From NCBI GenBank assembly GCA_965217585.1, contig OZ244561.1, positions 672,001-736,000 on the forward strand: a stretch of 64,000 nt of DNA, in the 5' to 3' direction. This DNA comes from Candidatus Latescibacterota bacterium. GTDB taxonomy: Bacteria; Latescibacterota; UBA2968; UBA8231. Below are positions 9,159-19,300 of this stretch, piece by piece. Both the position numbers and the translations under genes were made by a program. Positions within the stretch are counted from its first letter, which is position 1, and the number at the start of each line of letters is the position of its first letter. The notes below the pieces were generated by a model. That model was not told the origin of the DNA. It made no database searches and saw nothing but the letters and a program-made list of their open reading frames with translations.

Positions 9159-10850
9159 ATGTTGACTCGCCTCTACATCAAGGACTTTGCCCTCATCGAA
9201 GAAGCGGTGATCGAATTTGGCCCCGGCCTCAACGTCATCACCGGCGAGACCGGGGCCGGCAAGTCCATTCTCATCGGTGCCCTCAACTCGATCCTCGGCG
9301 GCCCCGTCAACGCCGAGTTGGTGCGCAAAGGGGCTAGCTCGTGTTCGGTGGAGGGCTTTTTTGAACTCGACGACAAAAACCAAGCCGCGCGCTTGGCCGA
9401 TCTGGGCGTTTCCTTGGAGGACGGCCAACTCATCCTCCGCCGCGAGATCCGCGGCCAAGGTCGCTCGCGAGCCTTTGTCAACGGCCAAGGCCAGCCAATC
9501 AAGCAACTAAAGCAAATCGGCGCGATTTTGGTGGACCTGCACGGCCAACACGAACACCAGTCGCTGCTCGACCCCAAGCTCCACGCCAGCTTTCTCGACG
9601 CGTTTGCTGGCCTCGACGGCCAGCGCCGCCTCGTGGAACAGCACTGGCGCGCGTACCGCGATAGCGTGGCCTGCCTCGACCGACTGCGCGCAGAGCGCGA
9701 CGCGCTCGCAGCCGAAGACGAGTTGCGCGCCTTCCAGTTAGAAGAGATCCGCCGCCTCGCACCCCGACCAAGCGAAGAGCCCGAGATAGAACGCGAGTTG
9801 CAAGTCCTCGACAACGCCGAGACCCTATCCCAAGGCGGCCTCCAGCTCTACGACTTGCTCTATCAGCGCGAAGGTGCGGTTTGCGAGGCACTCGGCCAAG
9901 TTCGTCGCCAGCTCGACCGGCTCCGCGAAATCGACCCTGCGCTTGGCCCCCAAGCCGCGGCCTTAGAGGAATTGATCTACGAGGTCGAAGACCTAGCCGG
10001 CCAACTCCGCGACTACGCCCGCAGAATCGAGGTGCGCCCCGGGCGGGCCGACGAACTGCGCGAGCGCCGCGACGGCCTGCGCGCCCTAAAAAAGAAATAC
10101 GGCGGCACCCTCGACGCCGTCTTAGAACTCGCCCGCGAGCTTTCGGCGCGAGAAGACCGCGCTGACCGCCTCCGCGACGAGCTGGTCCGAGCGGCTGAGC
10201 ATCGCGATCAAGCACTCGCCGAGTTTGCCACCTGTTGTCTAGCCCTTTCTGCGGCTCGCCAGCAGGCCAGCGCCACCTTGTCTCGGTCGCTAGTCGCCGC
10301 CCTCGAGGAGTTGGGCATGGCCAAGGCCCAGTTCTACATCGAGCTAGCAACCACCGAGGACCCAGAGGGGACGGTTGAGCGCGACGGGCGTCGCTACGCG
10401 GCTGGCGAGCACGGCATGGAGCACATCGCCTTCCACATTTCCGCTAATACCGGCGAACCACCGCGCGCCCTAGCGCACATTGCCTCGGGCGGGGAAATTT
10501 CGCGCGTGATGCTGGCCGTCAAGGAAGCTGTCGCCGGGCGCGACCTCGTTTCGACCTTAGTCTTCGACGAAATCGACGCTGGTATCTCGGGGCGCATCGC
10601 CGCGGCTGTCGGCCGCAAGCTACAGGCCCTCTCCGCAGCACACCAAACCATCGTCATCACCCACCTGCCGCAGGTCGCCAGCCTCGCCGACCAGCACTTC
10701 TCGGTGCGCAAGCAGCAGGAGCAGCAGCGGACCACCACCGAGGTCGTGCTACTTGACGCAACGGCCCGCGCCGAAGAAATTGCCTATCTGTTGGCCGGCG
10801 AGACCATTTCGGATACGGCGCGCCAACACGCCCGCGAAATGCTGCAATAG
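9159..10850 (+). CDS. recN: DNA repair protein RecN
   Basis: TGETGAGKS Walker A, HGQHEHQ, ASGGEISR, FDEIDAG, ITHLPQVA. Confidence 0.98.
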   Translation: MLTRLYIKDFALIEEAVIEFGPGLNVITGETGAGKSILIGALNSILGGPVNAELVRKGASSCSVEGFFELDDKNQAARLADLGVSLEDGQLILRREIRGQGRSRAFVNGQGQPIKQLKQIGAILVDLHGQHEHQSLLDPKLHASFLDAFAGLDGQRRLVEQHWRAYRDSVACLDRLRAERDALAAEDELRAFQLEEIRRLAPRPSEEPEIERELQVLDNAETLSQGGLQLYDLLYQREGAVCEALGQVRRQLDRLREIDPALGPQAAALEELIYEVEDLAGQLRDYARRIEVRPGRADELRERRDGLRALKKKYGGTLDAVLELARELSAREDRADRLRDELVRAAEHRDQALAEFATCCLALSAARQQASATLSRSLVAALEELGMAKAQFYIELATTEDPEGTVERDGRRYAAGEHGMEHIAFHISANTGEPPRALAHIASGGEISRVMLAVKEAVAGRDLVSTLVFDEIDAGISGRIAAAVGRKLQALSAAHQTIVITHLPQVASLADQHFSVRKQQEQQRTTTEVVLLDATARAEEIAYLLAGETISDTARQHAREMLQ

Positions 10851-10857
10851 CCCGGCA

Positions 10858-11382
10858 ATGTTGGCCAATTTCCTCAGCGTCCTGCGGGTTCTACTCATCC
10901 CCTTCCTACTCCACTTCATCGCTCAAGGGTCGGCGGCCCAGCTCCAAGCCGTGCTCCTGCTGCTCATTGCCGGTGCCACGGACATCGGCGACGGCTGGGT
11001 GGCGCGGCGTTACAATCAAGTCTCCCGCCTCGGCAAGATACTCGACCCGCTGGCCGATAAAATTTTCCTCGCCTGCCTGCTCGGCGGGCTAGTCCTCTGG
11101 CGCGATTTGCCGCTGTGGCTCTTGGGGATGCTCTTTGCCCGCGACTTGGGAATCGTGCTGGTGGGGGGGTTGCTCTTGCGTTCACAGGGGCTGGTCATTG
11201 CCGCCAATCGCTGGGGCAAATACACAACCCTCAGCATGGTACTTACGGCCCTCAGCTATGTCCTCGAGGCCCCGGCCAGCTTGCGCACGGGGCTAGGCCT
11301 AGCGGCTGCGGCCTTGGTCGTCATCTCCAGCTTGAGCTATGCGCAACTCGCGCTCAGGCTCTCGAAACGAGATCAAGCTTGA
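10858..11382 (+). CDS. CDP-alcohol phosphatidyltransferase (PgsA-like)
   Basis: TDIGDGWVARRYNQVSRLGKILDPLADK family motif; hydrophobic. Confidence 0.92.
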   Translation: MLANFLSVLRVLLIPFLLHFIAQGSAAQLQAVLLLLIAGATDIGDGWVARRYNQVSRLGKILDPLADKIFLACLLGGLVLWRDLPLWLLGMLFARDLGIVLVGGLLLRSQGLVIAANRWGKYTTLSMVLTALSYVLEAPASLRTGLGLAAAALVVISSLSYAQLALRLSKRDQA

Positions 11383-11397
11383 ATTATGGGGCGTGGA

Positions 11398-11547
11398 TCA
11401 GTTGGGCTGGATCAAGCGATACCAGCGCAAATAGGCCTCGTCGAGGCGGCGGCGGTAAGCGTATATCCCGATCATTTCCACTACCTTGAGCCGCAAGGCC
11501 AACTTGTGCAGATCGACTTTGCCCTCCTGACGCTCTCCGCGCTTCAC
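11398..11547 (-). CDS. Putative 49-aa small protein translationally coupled to the upstream gene
   Basis: GTG start overlaps the TGA of the 1132-aa gene (GTGA); MKRGERQEGKVDLHKLALRLKVVEMIGIYAYRRRLDEAYLRWYRLIQPN. Confidence 0.45.
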   Translation of the reverse strand: MKRGERQEGKVDLHKLALRLKVVEMIGIYAYRRRLDEAYLRWYRLIQPN

Positions 11548-14500
11548 AGCCCGAACCCAAAGTAGTAGCGCCACTTGTCGATTAGGGGGTCGTCCTCGTC
11601 TCTGGAAACCCGCTCTCGATTGAGTGGATGCGCCACTTGGAAATAGGCGAACATGGGGATGCGATAAAAAGTAAAAAGCTGTAGCCGCAACTCGCCGCCC
11701 ACGTCGGTCAGGAATTTGTCGGTATTGGGCATAGACCGCCATCGCTCCTCCTTCCAGAAGTCAATGTCCTCAAAGCGCGAGAAGTTGCCCACCACCCCGG
11801 CTTCGGCGAATAGCTCGGCGTAGAGCTTGGAAAAGTTGAAGTTGATAAAGCGGCTGCTAATGCGCTTGAGAATCGGAAACCCGTAGCCGATGCGGGCGTA
11901 GAGCAACTTGGTGCCAGAGTCGGTGAAATAGGGATAGCCGCTGAGGAAGTTGCGCCCGCCGATATAATAGCGCAGGGGCCAATAAAAGCGGCCCTCAAAG
12001 AACCCGCCCCCCTCGATACGGCGAGGCTTGAGCCGGATGTTTTTGTACGCGCCAATTAGCTCGATGTTGAGCGAATTGTTGAACGGCAACCTGATCCGCT
12101 CGTTGTATGCAGCTATGTATTCGTTGACCCGCAGGCGGCGCTCGACGCCGACGAACCGGTCGCGGGGGACTCCATCGATGGGTGTTTGCTCGGTCAGCGA
12201 ATCGGCCACAGTCGGCATCAGATAGCGATAGACCAAGGCCATGGCACGGCCCGATGGGCTGATCAAGCGGTCAGCCGTGGGGTTGATCTTCCGGTAGCGC
12301 CAAGCCGTGCTCAACATGTGCGTGCGAAAAAAGCTGAGGTCGCCGTAGAATTTCAGCGGATCCTCGCTGTTAACCAACAGGGTGTCTTGGGCCAAAAGCG
12401 CCGGGTCTAAGATAGCCGACACGTCATACATGGTAGTGTCTGGGTCCAAATATTTCTGCTGCCCCAAATAGATCTGGTTCTGGCTGCGGAAGCGGGGCAA
12501 GGTCCAGCCCTCGGCGTAGTTGCGCCATATGTAGAGGGCGTTCAACTCGGTGCGCCGGGTCAGCGGCACATCGACGCCCACGGCGAGTTGCCCCAAGGCG
12601 GTCTTGAACAGATCTTCGCGACTGGTGGCCTGATAGACGTATTGCTGGGCGGCCGGGATGAGCAAGCTGGTGACCGAATCGACCGGGACCGGATAGATAT
12701 TGCCCACCTCGAGCGTATCAATCTGGATCTGGCTCTCCTTGAACAAGTTGTCGATCTCGCGCCGCCGGCCCGCTATGTAAAACGAGGGGTTGAAGGTCCG
12801 ATTGTTGCCCACCTGTGGCCGGAGCCGGCGCTCGTAGAAGAAGCCAACATCCGTATTGAGATCTGTGGCGTCGCGCATGTTCTTGCCAACGATGCCCCAA
12901 GCCGTCAGCTCCTGACCACCAAACATGTCCCCGGTGGTAAACTGCAAGCCACCGCTGGCTTGATTGAGGCCAAAGGTGTTGCCGACAAACGTGGGGCCAA
13001 CCTGTAGAATCGGGATGTAGCGCAAGACGTTGCGCCCCCTGTACGACGCGACCTGGTACTGGTCGGCGAGTTTGGGGCCGTCGAAGATGGAGCGATAGTC
13101 GCGCATCGCCACCGGCTCAAAGTGCGCATTGCGCTCGAATTCGCCCATCTCGAAGCGATAGAGACTATAGTCGTTGGAGTGGTAGCCACTGTACACTACG
13201 CTCTCGTCGGCGGCTACGGTCGGCACAAAGGCCCCGCCAATGACGTTGGTTAGCTGCTCGATTTGGCCGTTTTCCAAGCGATAGCGGTAGATGTTGAAAA
13301 TGCCGCTCTGGTCCGACGAAAACACAAAACCCGAGCCATCGGGCAGCCAGCACGGATCGCGCTCGTCGGCCGGCGAGGCAACGACCGCGCGGAACCCCGA
13401 CGAGTCGGGATGAGCGAAGGCAACGGTATCGGGAAAGACGTCGATGGTTTCCTCCTCGTCTTCTTCGTCCTCACTCTTCTTCTTGGCCTTCTCAAAGGTC
13501 TTTGGCCGCGGCGGGCTATCGGCGCGGATCATCGCAATGTCGCGGTCCTCGCCGCGGAACACGCTGAAGAGCAGCCACTCGCCGTCGGGTGAGAAGCGCG
13601 GCGCACTGTATTGGGTGGCGTCGTTGTTGTTCGTTAAATAGACCAAGTCCGTGCCGTCGCGATCTATGAGGCCGAGGTTGTTGGTCCCGTCCTCATTGTG
13701 CACGAAGGCGATGCGCTGGCCATCGGGGGAAAACGAGGGGTCTTTGGCGCGCAGCCTAGCGCTGATACGGCGCTCCTTGTCCGCGGCCAAATTGTAGATA
13801 TAGAGGTCGTTAAAACCGCCCTTGTTGCGGGTAAAGACGATCTCCTCCCCGTCGGGAGACCAGCCAATCCGCGTATCTATCCAGCCTTTGAGCTTGGTCT
13901 TTTTTTGCGTCTCGAAATCGTAGATCTTGAGGGTCGTGATCGCAAAGTCCTGCTTCTCGCTGGTGAGGTAGGCCAGTTTTTTGCCGTCCAGCGACAGCGC
14001 GGGATGGTATTCGAGCACCCCCTCGTTGACCTCATCCAACGACATGCCCTCAAAGAAGCCCTGCCCGCGGATTTCGGATTCGAGGCGACCGTAATTCTCG
14101 GCCAAGAAGGCGACCCAATCCGCGTAAAACTGGTCGGAGGAAATGCCCAACACCCGGCGAATAGCCGGGTCGAAGCTCATCGAGCCGACCTGATGCGTCA
14201 GCTCATCTACCTTCTCGGCACCGTACTGCTGATGGATGTACACCATCATCGCGTAGCCCTGATTGTACACGAACTCTCCGTAGAACTTGCCCGTGCGGTC
14301 CCAGACCGTCCCCATCTCCTCCCACGAGAGCAGATCGTCTTCTAGCACCGCCATCCGCAGCAACATGTCGCGGTGCGAATCCCAAGAGTCATAGCCGAAT
14401 TTGTGCGCCCCGTACTGGGCGATGCCCTCGGTCCAACCGCGCGGGGTGTTGAGATGGTACAGCGGAAACTGAAACGTAATGTCCGGATTGGAGTCGAAGC

Positions 14501-14942
14501 GCGAGACCGAGAGCAACGCGAACTGGAAGGGCCATTTCTTGCGCGCCTTGTTGAGCGTAATGATGTGCGTCAACTCGTGCGTGACCACGTTTTTGATCCA
14601 ATCGTGACTGCCGCGCAGCTCAAAGTCGAGGCTAGTGGCCCAAATGGCCATGGTATTACTGTAGTAGTTGGCCCAACCATTGCCTAGCTGATCGGAGTTG
14701 TCGAGGACGATGACGTGGATGGTGCGAAAATCGTCGTAGTAGTCGTAGGCCGCCGCGAGGGTGGGGAAGACCTCCTCGCAGGTTTCGGCCACTCGGCGCG
14801 CGGTGCCCTCGGCCCCAAGCGTGAAATGGACCCGGAAGTGATCCGTGACGATGGTTTGTATCTGGGCCTGGGCCGCTCCGGCGAGGAGCAGCGCGGCAAT
14901 GGCGGAAAAAGTCGCTCGGCGCAACGTGTATCCCTTTCGCAA
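11544..14942 (-). CDS. Secreted protein: zincin-like peptidase + PD40 (TolB-like) propeller + putative C-terminal outer-membrane barrel
   Basis: Signal peptide (AAQA), HELTH...TEGIAQY, repeated P.(F/W)SPDG, C-terminus YYFGFGL. Confidence 0.8.
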   Translation of the reverse strand: MRKGYTLRRATFSAIAALLLAGAAQAQIQTIVTDHFRVHFTLGAEGTARRVAETCEEVFPTLAAAYDYYDDFRTIHVIVLDNSDQLGNGWANYYSNTMAIWATSLDFELRGSHDWIKNVVTHELTHIITLNKARKKWPFQFALLSVSRFDSNPDITFQFPLYHLNTPRGWTEGIAQYGAHKFGYDSWDSHRDMLLRMAVLEDDLLSWEEMGTVWDRTGKFYGEFVYNQGYAMMVYIHQQYGAEKVDELTHQVGSMSFDPAIRRVLGISSDQFYADWVAFLAENYGRLESEIRGQGFFEGMSLDEVNEGVLEYHPALSLDGKKLAYLTSEKQDFAITTLKIYDFETQKKTKLKGWIDTRIGWSPDGEEIVFTRNKGGFNDLYIYNLAADKERRISARLRAKDPSFSPDGQRIAFVHNEDGTNNLGLIDRDGTDLVYLTNNNDATQYSAPRFSPDGEWLLFSVFRGEDRDIAMIRADSPPRPKTFEKAKKKSEDEEDEEETIDVFPDTVAFAHPDSSGFRAVVASPADERDPCWLPDGSGFVFSSDQSGIFNIYRYRLENGQIEQLTNVIGGAFVPTVAADESVVYSGYHSNDYSLYRFEMGEFERNAHFEPVAMRDYRSIFDGPKLADQYQVASYRGRNVLRYIPILQVGPTFVGNTFGLNQASGGLQFTTGDMFGGQELTAWGIVGKNMRDATDLNTDVGFFYERRLRPQVGNNRTFNPSFYIAGRRREIDNLFKESQIQIDTLEVGNIYPVPVDSVTSLLIPAAQQYVYQATSREDLFKTALGQLAVGVDVPLTRRTELNALYIWRNYAEGWTLPRFRSQNQIYLGQQKYLDPDTTMYDVSAILDPALLAQDTLLVNSEDPLKFYGDLSFFRTHMLSTAWRYRKINPTADRLISPSGRAMALVYRYLMPTVADSLTEQTPIDGVPRDRFVGVERRLRVNEYIAAYNERIRLPFNNSLNIELIGAYKNIRLKPRRIEGGGFFEGRFYWPLRYYIGGRNFLSGYPYFTDSGTKLLYARIGYGFPILKRISSRFINFNFSKLYAELFAEAGVVGNFSRFEDIDFWKEERWRSMPNTDKFLTDVGGELRLQLFTFYRIPMFAYFQVAHPLNRERVSRDEDDPLIDKWRYYFGFGL

Positions 14943-15073
14943 AAAGGCGACCAGCAGCCAATTGCCGGTCGCTCCATAAGTTGTGTAGGAAAATACTGGA
15001 GGTCGTGCTCCCCGTCAAACAGTATGGAGGCCGCTTTCACGCGGCTACGCCGTTGCTTATTATGTCTTGTGCC

Positions 15074-15745
15074 ATGCTCTACACCATCCATCGCACCGAC
15101 GACCTCGACCTTCCCGACGCCGATTGGCAGCGTCCCCAATGGCAGGCGGCCGAGACCCTAGCGATTACCCACTTTTCCTGGGAGGATTCCGGCCACCGTC
15201 CCCGCACTCAGGCGCGCGTGCTCTACGACGAGCGGGCACTATCCATTATCTTCCGCGTCGAGGATCGCTACGTCCGCGCTGTGGCCGAGCGCTTCCAAGA
15301 TTCGGTCTGCACCGATTCCTGCGTCGAATTCTTCGTTGCGCCCCTGCCCGACTCGCAAGCCTACTTCAATTTCGAGGTCAACTGCGGCGGCACCATGCTC
15401 CTGCACCGCTGCCCTTCAGCCGCAGAGCGCGCCCAAGGCCGAGTGCCCGAAAACGTCAGCGATGCTGACGGTGCCACCATCCGCATCGCCACAACCCTTC
15501 CCCAAATCGTCGAGCCAGAGCGCACCACCCCCACGATTTGGGCGGTCGAGTACCGCGTCCCCTTCGCCCTCTTTGCCCAGTACTTCGGTGCCCAGACTCC
15601 CGTGTCCGGCACCCAGTGGAAGGGCAACTTCTACAAGTGCGGCGACCGCACCTCCCATCCCCACTGGGGTACTTGGGCACCAGTAGATACGCCCAACCCC
15701 AGCTTTCACCAGCCAGACTTTTACCAGCCACTCGTATTTGCCTAG
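15074..15745 (+). CDS. Carbohydrate-binding family 9-like (DOMON-like) protein
   Basis: DSCVEFF, YFNFEVNCGG, WAVEYRVPF, WKGNFYKCGD...PHW...FH.P; no signal peptide; start uncertain. Confidence 0.8.
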   Translation: MLYTIHRTDDLDLPDADWQRPQWQAAETLAITHFSWEDSGHRPRTQARVLYDERALSIIFRVEDRYVRAVAERFQDSVCTDSCVEFFVAPLPDSQAYFNFEVNCGGTMLLHRCPSAAERAQGRVPENVSDADGATIRIATTLPQIVEPERTTPTIWAVEYRVPFALFAQYFGAQTPVSGTQWKGNFYKCGDRTSHPHWGTWAPVDTPNPSFHQPDFYQPLVFA

Positions 15746-15817
15746 CGCGGCCCCTTGTCCCACCTGAGCGCCAACATCGGCTCTGTACGTGGGTAGTGGT
15801 ATCGCTATCCTGAGTGC

Positions 15818-17641
15818 TCAGCCAAAAAGAGGGGAACTGTAGGAAGGCGAGCGGGCAAAGCGTTTCAGCCCAAGGTGCAAACGGGCCTGGGCCGCCGGTC
15901 CCAAATGCACCTGGAGATACTGATCCTCTACCTCGACGGACTGATCCTGGCCGTCTTCATTTTTAAGCTGGGCGCAAGTGAATTGATGCTCGCCAAAGGA
16001 GCCAGCTTGCAAGAGGACGGAGCGGCCTTCCACTGGGTCCGTATTCACCAGCGTCAGGCTAACCCCGTCGGCGCTGACCCGATCAACTAGGGCCGCGACG
16101 TACTCGGGCAGGCCGGGGCGACGGCGCTGCGGATCGAAATAGCGCACGTGGGCCTGGAGCATCCCGCCGTTGTAGATCGCCGCCGGCGTGCCTAAGGCCA
16201 TCTGGATCAGGGCTTCGGGTAGCACGGGATTGAGCCTCTGGAAGTGGTAGCACTCGCGCGTCTCAGGGTCGCTATCGTCGTTCTCCAAGCGAGTCAGACT
16301 GTGACAGATGCTGGAGTAGGTCGAGTCGATAACCTGATCGATGTAGCCGGGGTTTTTGCCCTCGATAAAAGCGAACCAAGCCGTCGGCGGGCAGATGCCA
16401 GCTTTGGCAGCGCCCCAGTCGGAGGGCAGACCGGCAAAAGCGGCGCGGTCGGGAAAGGCTGCGTCGAGGCGGGCCAAATCCCGCTCGCTTTGGCTCAAGT
16501 AATATAAATGAACGTACAAATAGGGGTCGGGCGGCCGGAAATCGAACCAGCCTTGGTCGCCGTGACGGGTCGGCACCTTGACGAGGCCGTCCTCCTCGCG
16601 CCGCTGTTCCCAGAGCATGTCGAGCTGCGAGCGGGCCAAGTCCAAATGGGAATCATCGCCGGTCATCAGCAGGGCGCAACTGCCGGCTACCAGGGCAGGC
16701 TCGACTATATTGCGCGCGCCGTGCGGCCAGCGCCAGCCGTAGTACCCGCCCCACCACTTGCCATCCATCAACTCGCCAATGGTTCCCTCGGGTCCAATAT
16801 TGTCGGGCATAATGCCGCCGTTGGCCTTGCATCGCTCTTCCCACGCCTGCAAATAATCGAGTACCCAAGTTTTGTACTGGTCGTCGCCGGTGTAGAGATA
16901 GGCGTTGGTGATCAGGCTGGCGATGTTCAAGTTGAGGGGCACATCGCCGCGGGTCATGCGCTGGTTGATCAAGTCGAGCACGCGGGCGAATACTTCGTCG
17001 TCCGTCCAATCGACCTTGAAGAGCGGATCGGAACTGTCGGCACCTGGAATATCCTCAAAGGGCGCTAGATAGTGGGCTAGGATGGGCCGGTGGTAATCCC
17101 AATCGACCTGGGTAGTGACAAAGCGCGGGCCCTTGCTGCCGTTGAGCGGCGAGCGGATCATTTTGCGCTGGGCGTCCCAATTGGGTGCCAGCGGGTCGGC
17201 ACCGGTGTACATGGCGGCGTAGCGCAGGGCGCGGGTGCGGTTGATGTGGTGCGCGGGATCGGACAGGGCTAGATAGTAGATGTAGGTATAGCTCTCGGAA
17301 TGGTGAAACCAGTCAAAGCCGGTGACAAACTCGCGCTCGACCGTGCCGTAGTTGGCGTACTGCCAAGTGATGGCGTCCCACTCTTTGCAGGCAATCTGGT
17401 GGATGTGCTCGCCGCCGCCTAGCAGGTAAAACAGGGGGAAGGAAAGGAAGGCCTCATAGCCATTGTCGGTGCCGTCCATGCTAGTCCACTCCGTGCGCTG
17501 GATCAGGGTGCCATCTGGACGGGTACTGTGCTCGACAAAGGGATGGGCAGCGCGGTCCATCAGGGCGATCAAGTCGCGTTGGCGCACGGCCCAATGGGGC
17601 GGGTTTTCGCGGGTCTTAGCTGCAATGGATACGCGGGCCAT
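15818..17641 (-). CDS. Conserved hypothetical protein (607 aa, Trp/Tyr/Asp-rich, probable enzyme)
   Basis: Long ORF, SD AGGAGG upstream, last gene of a minus-strand operon; function not recognised. Confidence 0.8.
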   Translation of the reverse strand: MARVSIAAKTRENPPHWAVRQRDLIALMDRAAHPFVEHSTRPDGTLIQRTEWTSMDGTDNGYEAFLSFPLFYLLGGGEHIHQIACKEWDAITWQYANYGTVEREFVTGFDWFHHSESYTYIYYLALSDPAHHINRTRALRYAAMYTGADPLAPNWDAQRKMIRSPLNGSKGPRFVTTQVDWDYHRPILAHYLAPFEDIPGADSSDPLFKVDWTDDEVFARVLDLINQRMTRGDVPLNLNIASLITNAYLYTGDDQYKTWVLDYLQAWEERCKANGGIMPDNIGPEGTIGELMDGKWWGGYYGWRWPHGARNIVEPALVAGSCALLMTGDDSHLDLARSQLDMLWEQRREEDGLVKVPTRHGDQGWFDFRPPDPYLYVHLYYLSQSERDLARLDAAFPDRAAFAGLPSDWGAAKAGICPPTAWFAFIEGKNPGYIDQVIDSTYSSICHSLTRLENDDSDPETRECYHFQRLNPVLPEALIQMALGTPAAIYNGGMLQAHVRYFDPQRRRPGLPEYVAALVDRVSADGVSLTLVNTDPVEGRSVLLQAGSFGEHQFTCAQLKNEDGQDQSVEVEDQYLQVHLGPAAQARLHLGLKRFARSPSYSSPLFG

Positions 17642-17684
17642 TTTAGGTTCCTCCTAGTGGTCAGTACTTCGCCCAAGAAGCGAA

Positions 17685-18473
17685 TTATTCAGGTCGCAAA
17701 TCCGTGTACCGCTCTCCCCGTGCCCCGCCTTCCCCGCGCACCAGAAACACCGGAATCGGATGTTGGTCCATGTCCACCCAAGCCGTGTCTGTGCTACAGT
17801 AGCGAATCGTATAACCAGCGCGCCGGCGGCCACTCTTATTGGCCCGGCTGCCGTGCAGAATGTAGGAGTCGTGAATGGATAGACTGCCGACTTTCATCTC
17901 CATCATCACGGCCTCGGCCTCCATTTCGGGGGCGACCAAGATCTTCTTTCTCAGCATCTCGGCCTCCCCTGAAGGCACGGTTTTCATCTCCCGGTACCCT
18001 CGGTGTGAACCGGGTATGATGCGCATGGCGGCGTTTTCGGCGTCCGCGTCGTCGAGCGCCAACCACACCGTAGCCACATCAGTGCCGCGTACGCTGGGCC
18101 AGTAGTTGTTGTCCTGGTGCCAGCCCACGCTGATTCCATCGCCCGGAGGCTTGATGAACATGCTCGAATAGACCAAGATCAGGTTGGGACCTAGGACGGC
18201 CTCCACTGCGTCGAGCAGGCGCGGATGGCGGCAGACCTCCAGCCAGAACACTTCCTTGGTATGCGGCTCCCCGTAGTATTGATCCCGGTCGAGAAAACCC
18301 GCACGCACGCCCACGTCCAGCGAATGCTGCATGGCGGCGACTTCGTCCGGCCCGAAAATATCGGAAAAAAAGCAATAGCCTTCTGTGGCAAAGCGCCCGG
18401 CGTCGGTATTCAGCACGATACGCCTCTTGCAATTTTGCGGACGAGCCCGCGAGTCTGCACAGGTGTCTCTCAA
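17685..18473 (-). CDS. Phytanoyl-CoA dioxygenase (PhyH) family Fe(II)/2OG oxygenase
   Basis: WHQD, WLALDDA, IPGSH, HGS..N.S..RR; start may be downstream (about 18416). Confidence 0.9.
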   Translation of the reverse strand: MRDTCADSRARPQNCKRRIVLNTDAGRFATEGYCFFSDIFGPDEVAAMQHSLDVGVRAGFLDRDQYYGEPHTKEVFWLEVCRHPRLLDAVEAVLGPNLILVYSSMFIKPPGDGISVGWHQDNNYWPSVRGTDVATVWLALDDADAENAAMRIIPGSHRGYREMKTVPSGEAEMLRKKILVAPEMEAEAVMMEMKVGSLSIHDSYILHGSRANKSGRRRAGYTIRYCSTDTAWVDMDQHPIPVFLVRGEGGARGERYTDLRPE

Positions 18474-19300
18474 ATCCCGTAAACCCGGGCGGCGTTCTCC
18501 CCCAGCACTTTGGCCCGATCACCCTCGTCCAGTTCCGCGGCAAAAGTGCGGATTATTTCCAAACTCTGCCGGTACGTGATATGGCGGCCGACCGGCGGCC
18601 AGTCCGAGCCCCACAGCAGGCGGTCGGCCCCCAAGCCCTTGAGTAAGCGGCTGAAAAATCCCAGCGCCTGGGGGCAGCGGAAATCCCAGGGAGTCGCAGC
18701 CGCCGCGTAGAAGCCCGACGCTTTGATCGACAAATTGGGATAGGCCGATGCCTGCAGCAGTCCCCCGTATGTCTCATCTTGGGCATTGGGGCCGCCGGGC
18801 AGCGCGGGCAGGCCTAGGTGATTGGCGACAAAGCGGATCTCCGGATATCTCTGTGCCAACTCCAGCAAGATCCCGTAATTGGACGGCCCAATTTGCAGAT
18901 TACAGACTAAGCCGGTGTCTTTGTACGCCTGCCAAAGCGCGGCGCAAGGTTCTTCCAACAGCCACTGCATTCTCTCATCAAGCTTGGGTGGGTAGTAACT
19001 GGTGCCCACGGCACCGAATTCCTCGCCCGCCCGCAAGACCCGCTCGGCGGCGTCTTGCTGGTGCATGGGCACATCCGTCAATACGGCCAGTCGATCGGGG
19101 TGCTCTCGCCCCCACTGGGCGCACTCCTGATTGTTGCCCGGCGAGTAATCGGCCACCACCGGCAGCACGACGGCTTTGTCGACATCGCATTCGTCCATGT
19201 GGTGGAGGAGCCGATCTACCCGCCCTAGATCTTCCCAAGGGGCCATAGGAGCAAAGTTGGTAAGCACGTGAACATGAGCGTCGATAGCGGGCATTGACAC
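18470..19300 (-). CDS. Amidohydrolase family protein (Amidohydro_2)
   Basis: IDAHVH, NHLG, K.SG, RLLWGSDWP. Confidence 0.9.
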   Translation of the reverse strand: MSMPAIDAHVHVLTNFAPMAPWEDLGRVDRLLHHMDECDVDKAVVLPVVADYSPGNNQECAQWGREHPDRLAVLTDVPMHQQDAAERVLRAGEEFGAVGTSYYPPKLDERMQWLLEEPCAALWQAYKDTGLVCNLQIGPSNYGILLELAQRYPEIRFVANHLGLPALPGGPNAQDETYGGLLQASAYPNLSIKASGFYAAAATPWDFRCPQALGFFSRLLKGLGADRLLWGSDWPPVGRHITYRQSLEIIRTFAAELDEGDRAKVLGENAARVYGI

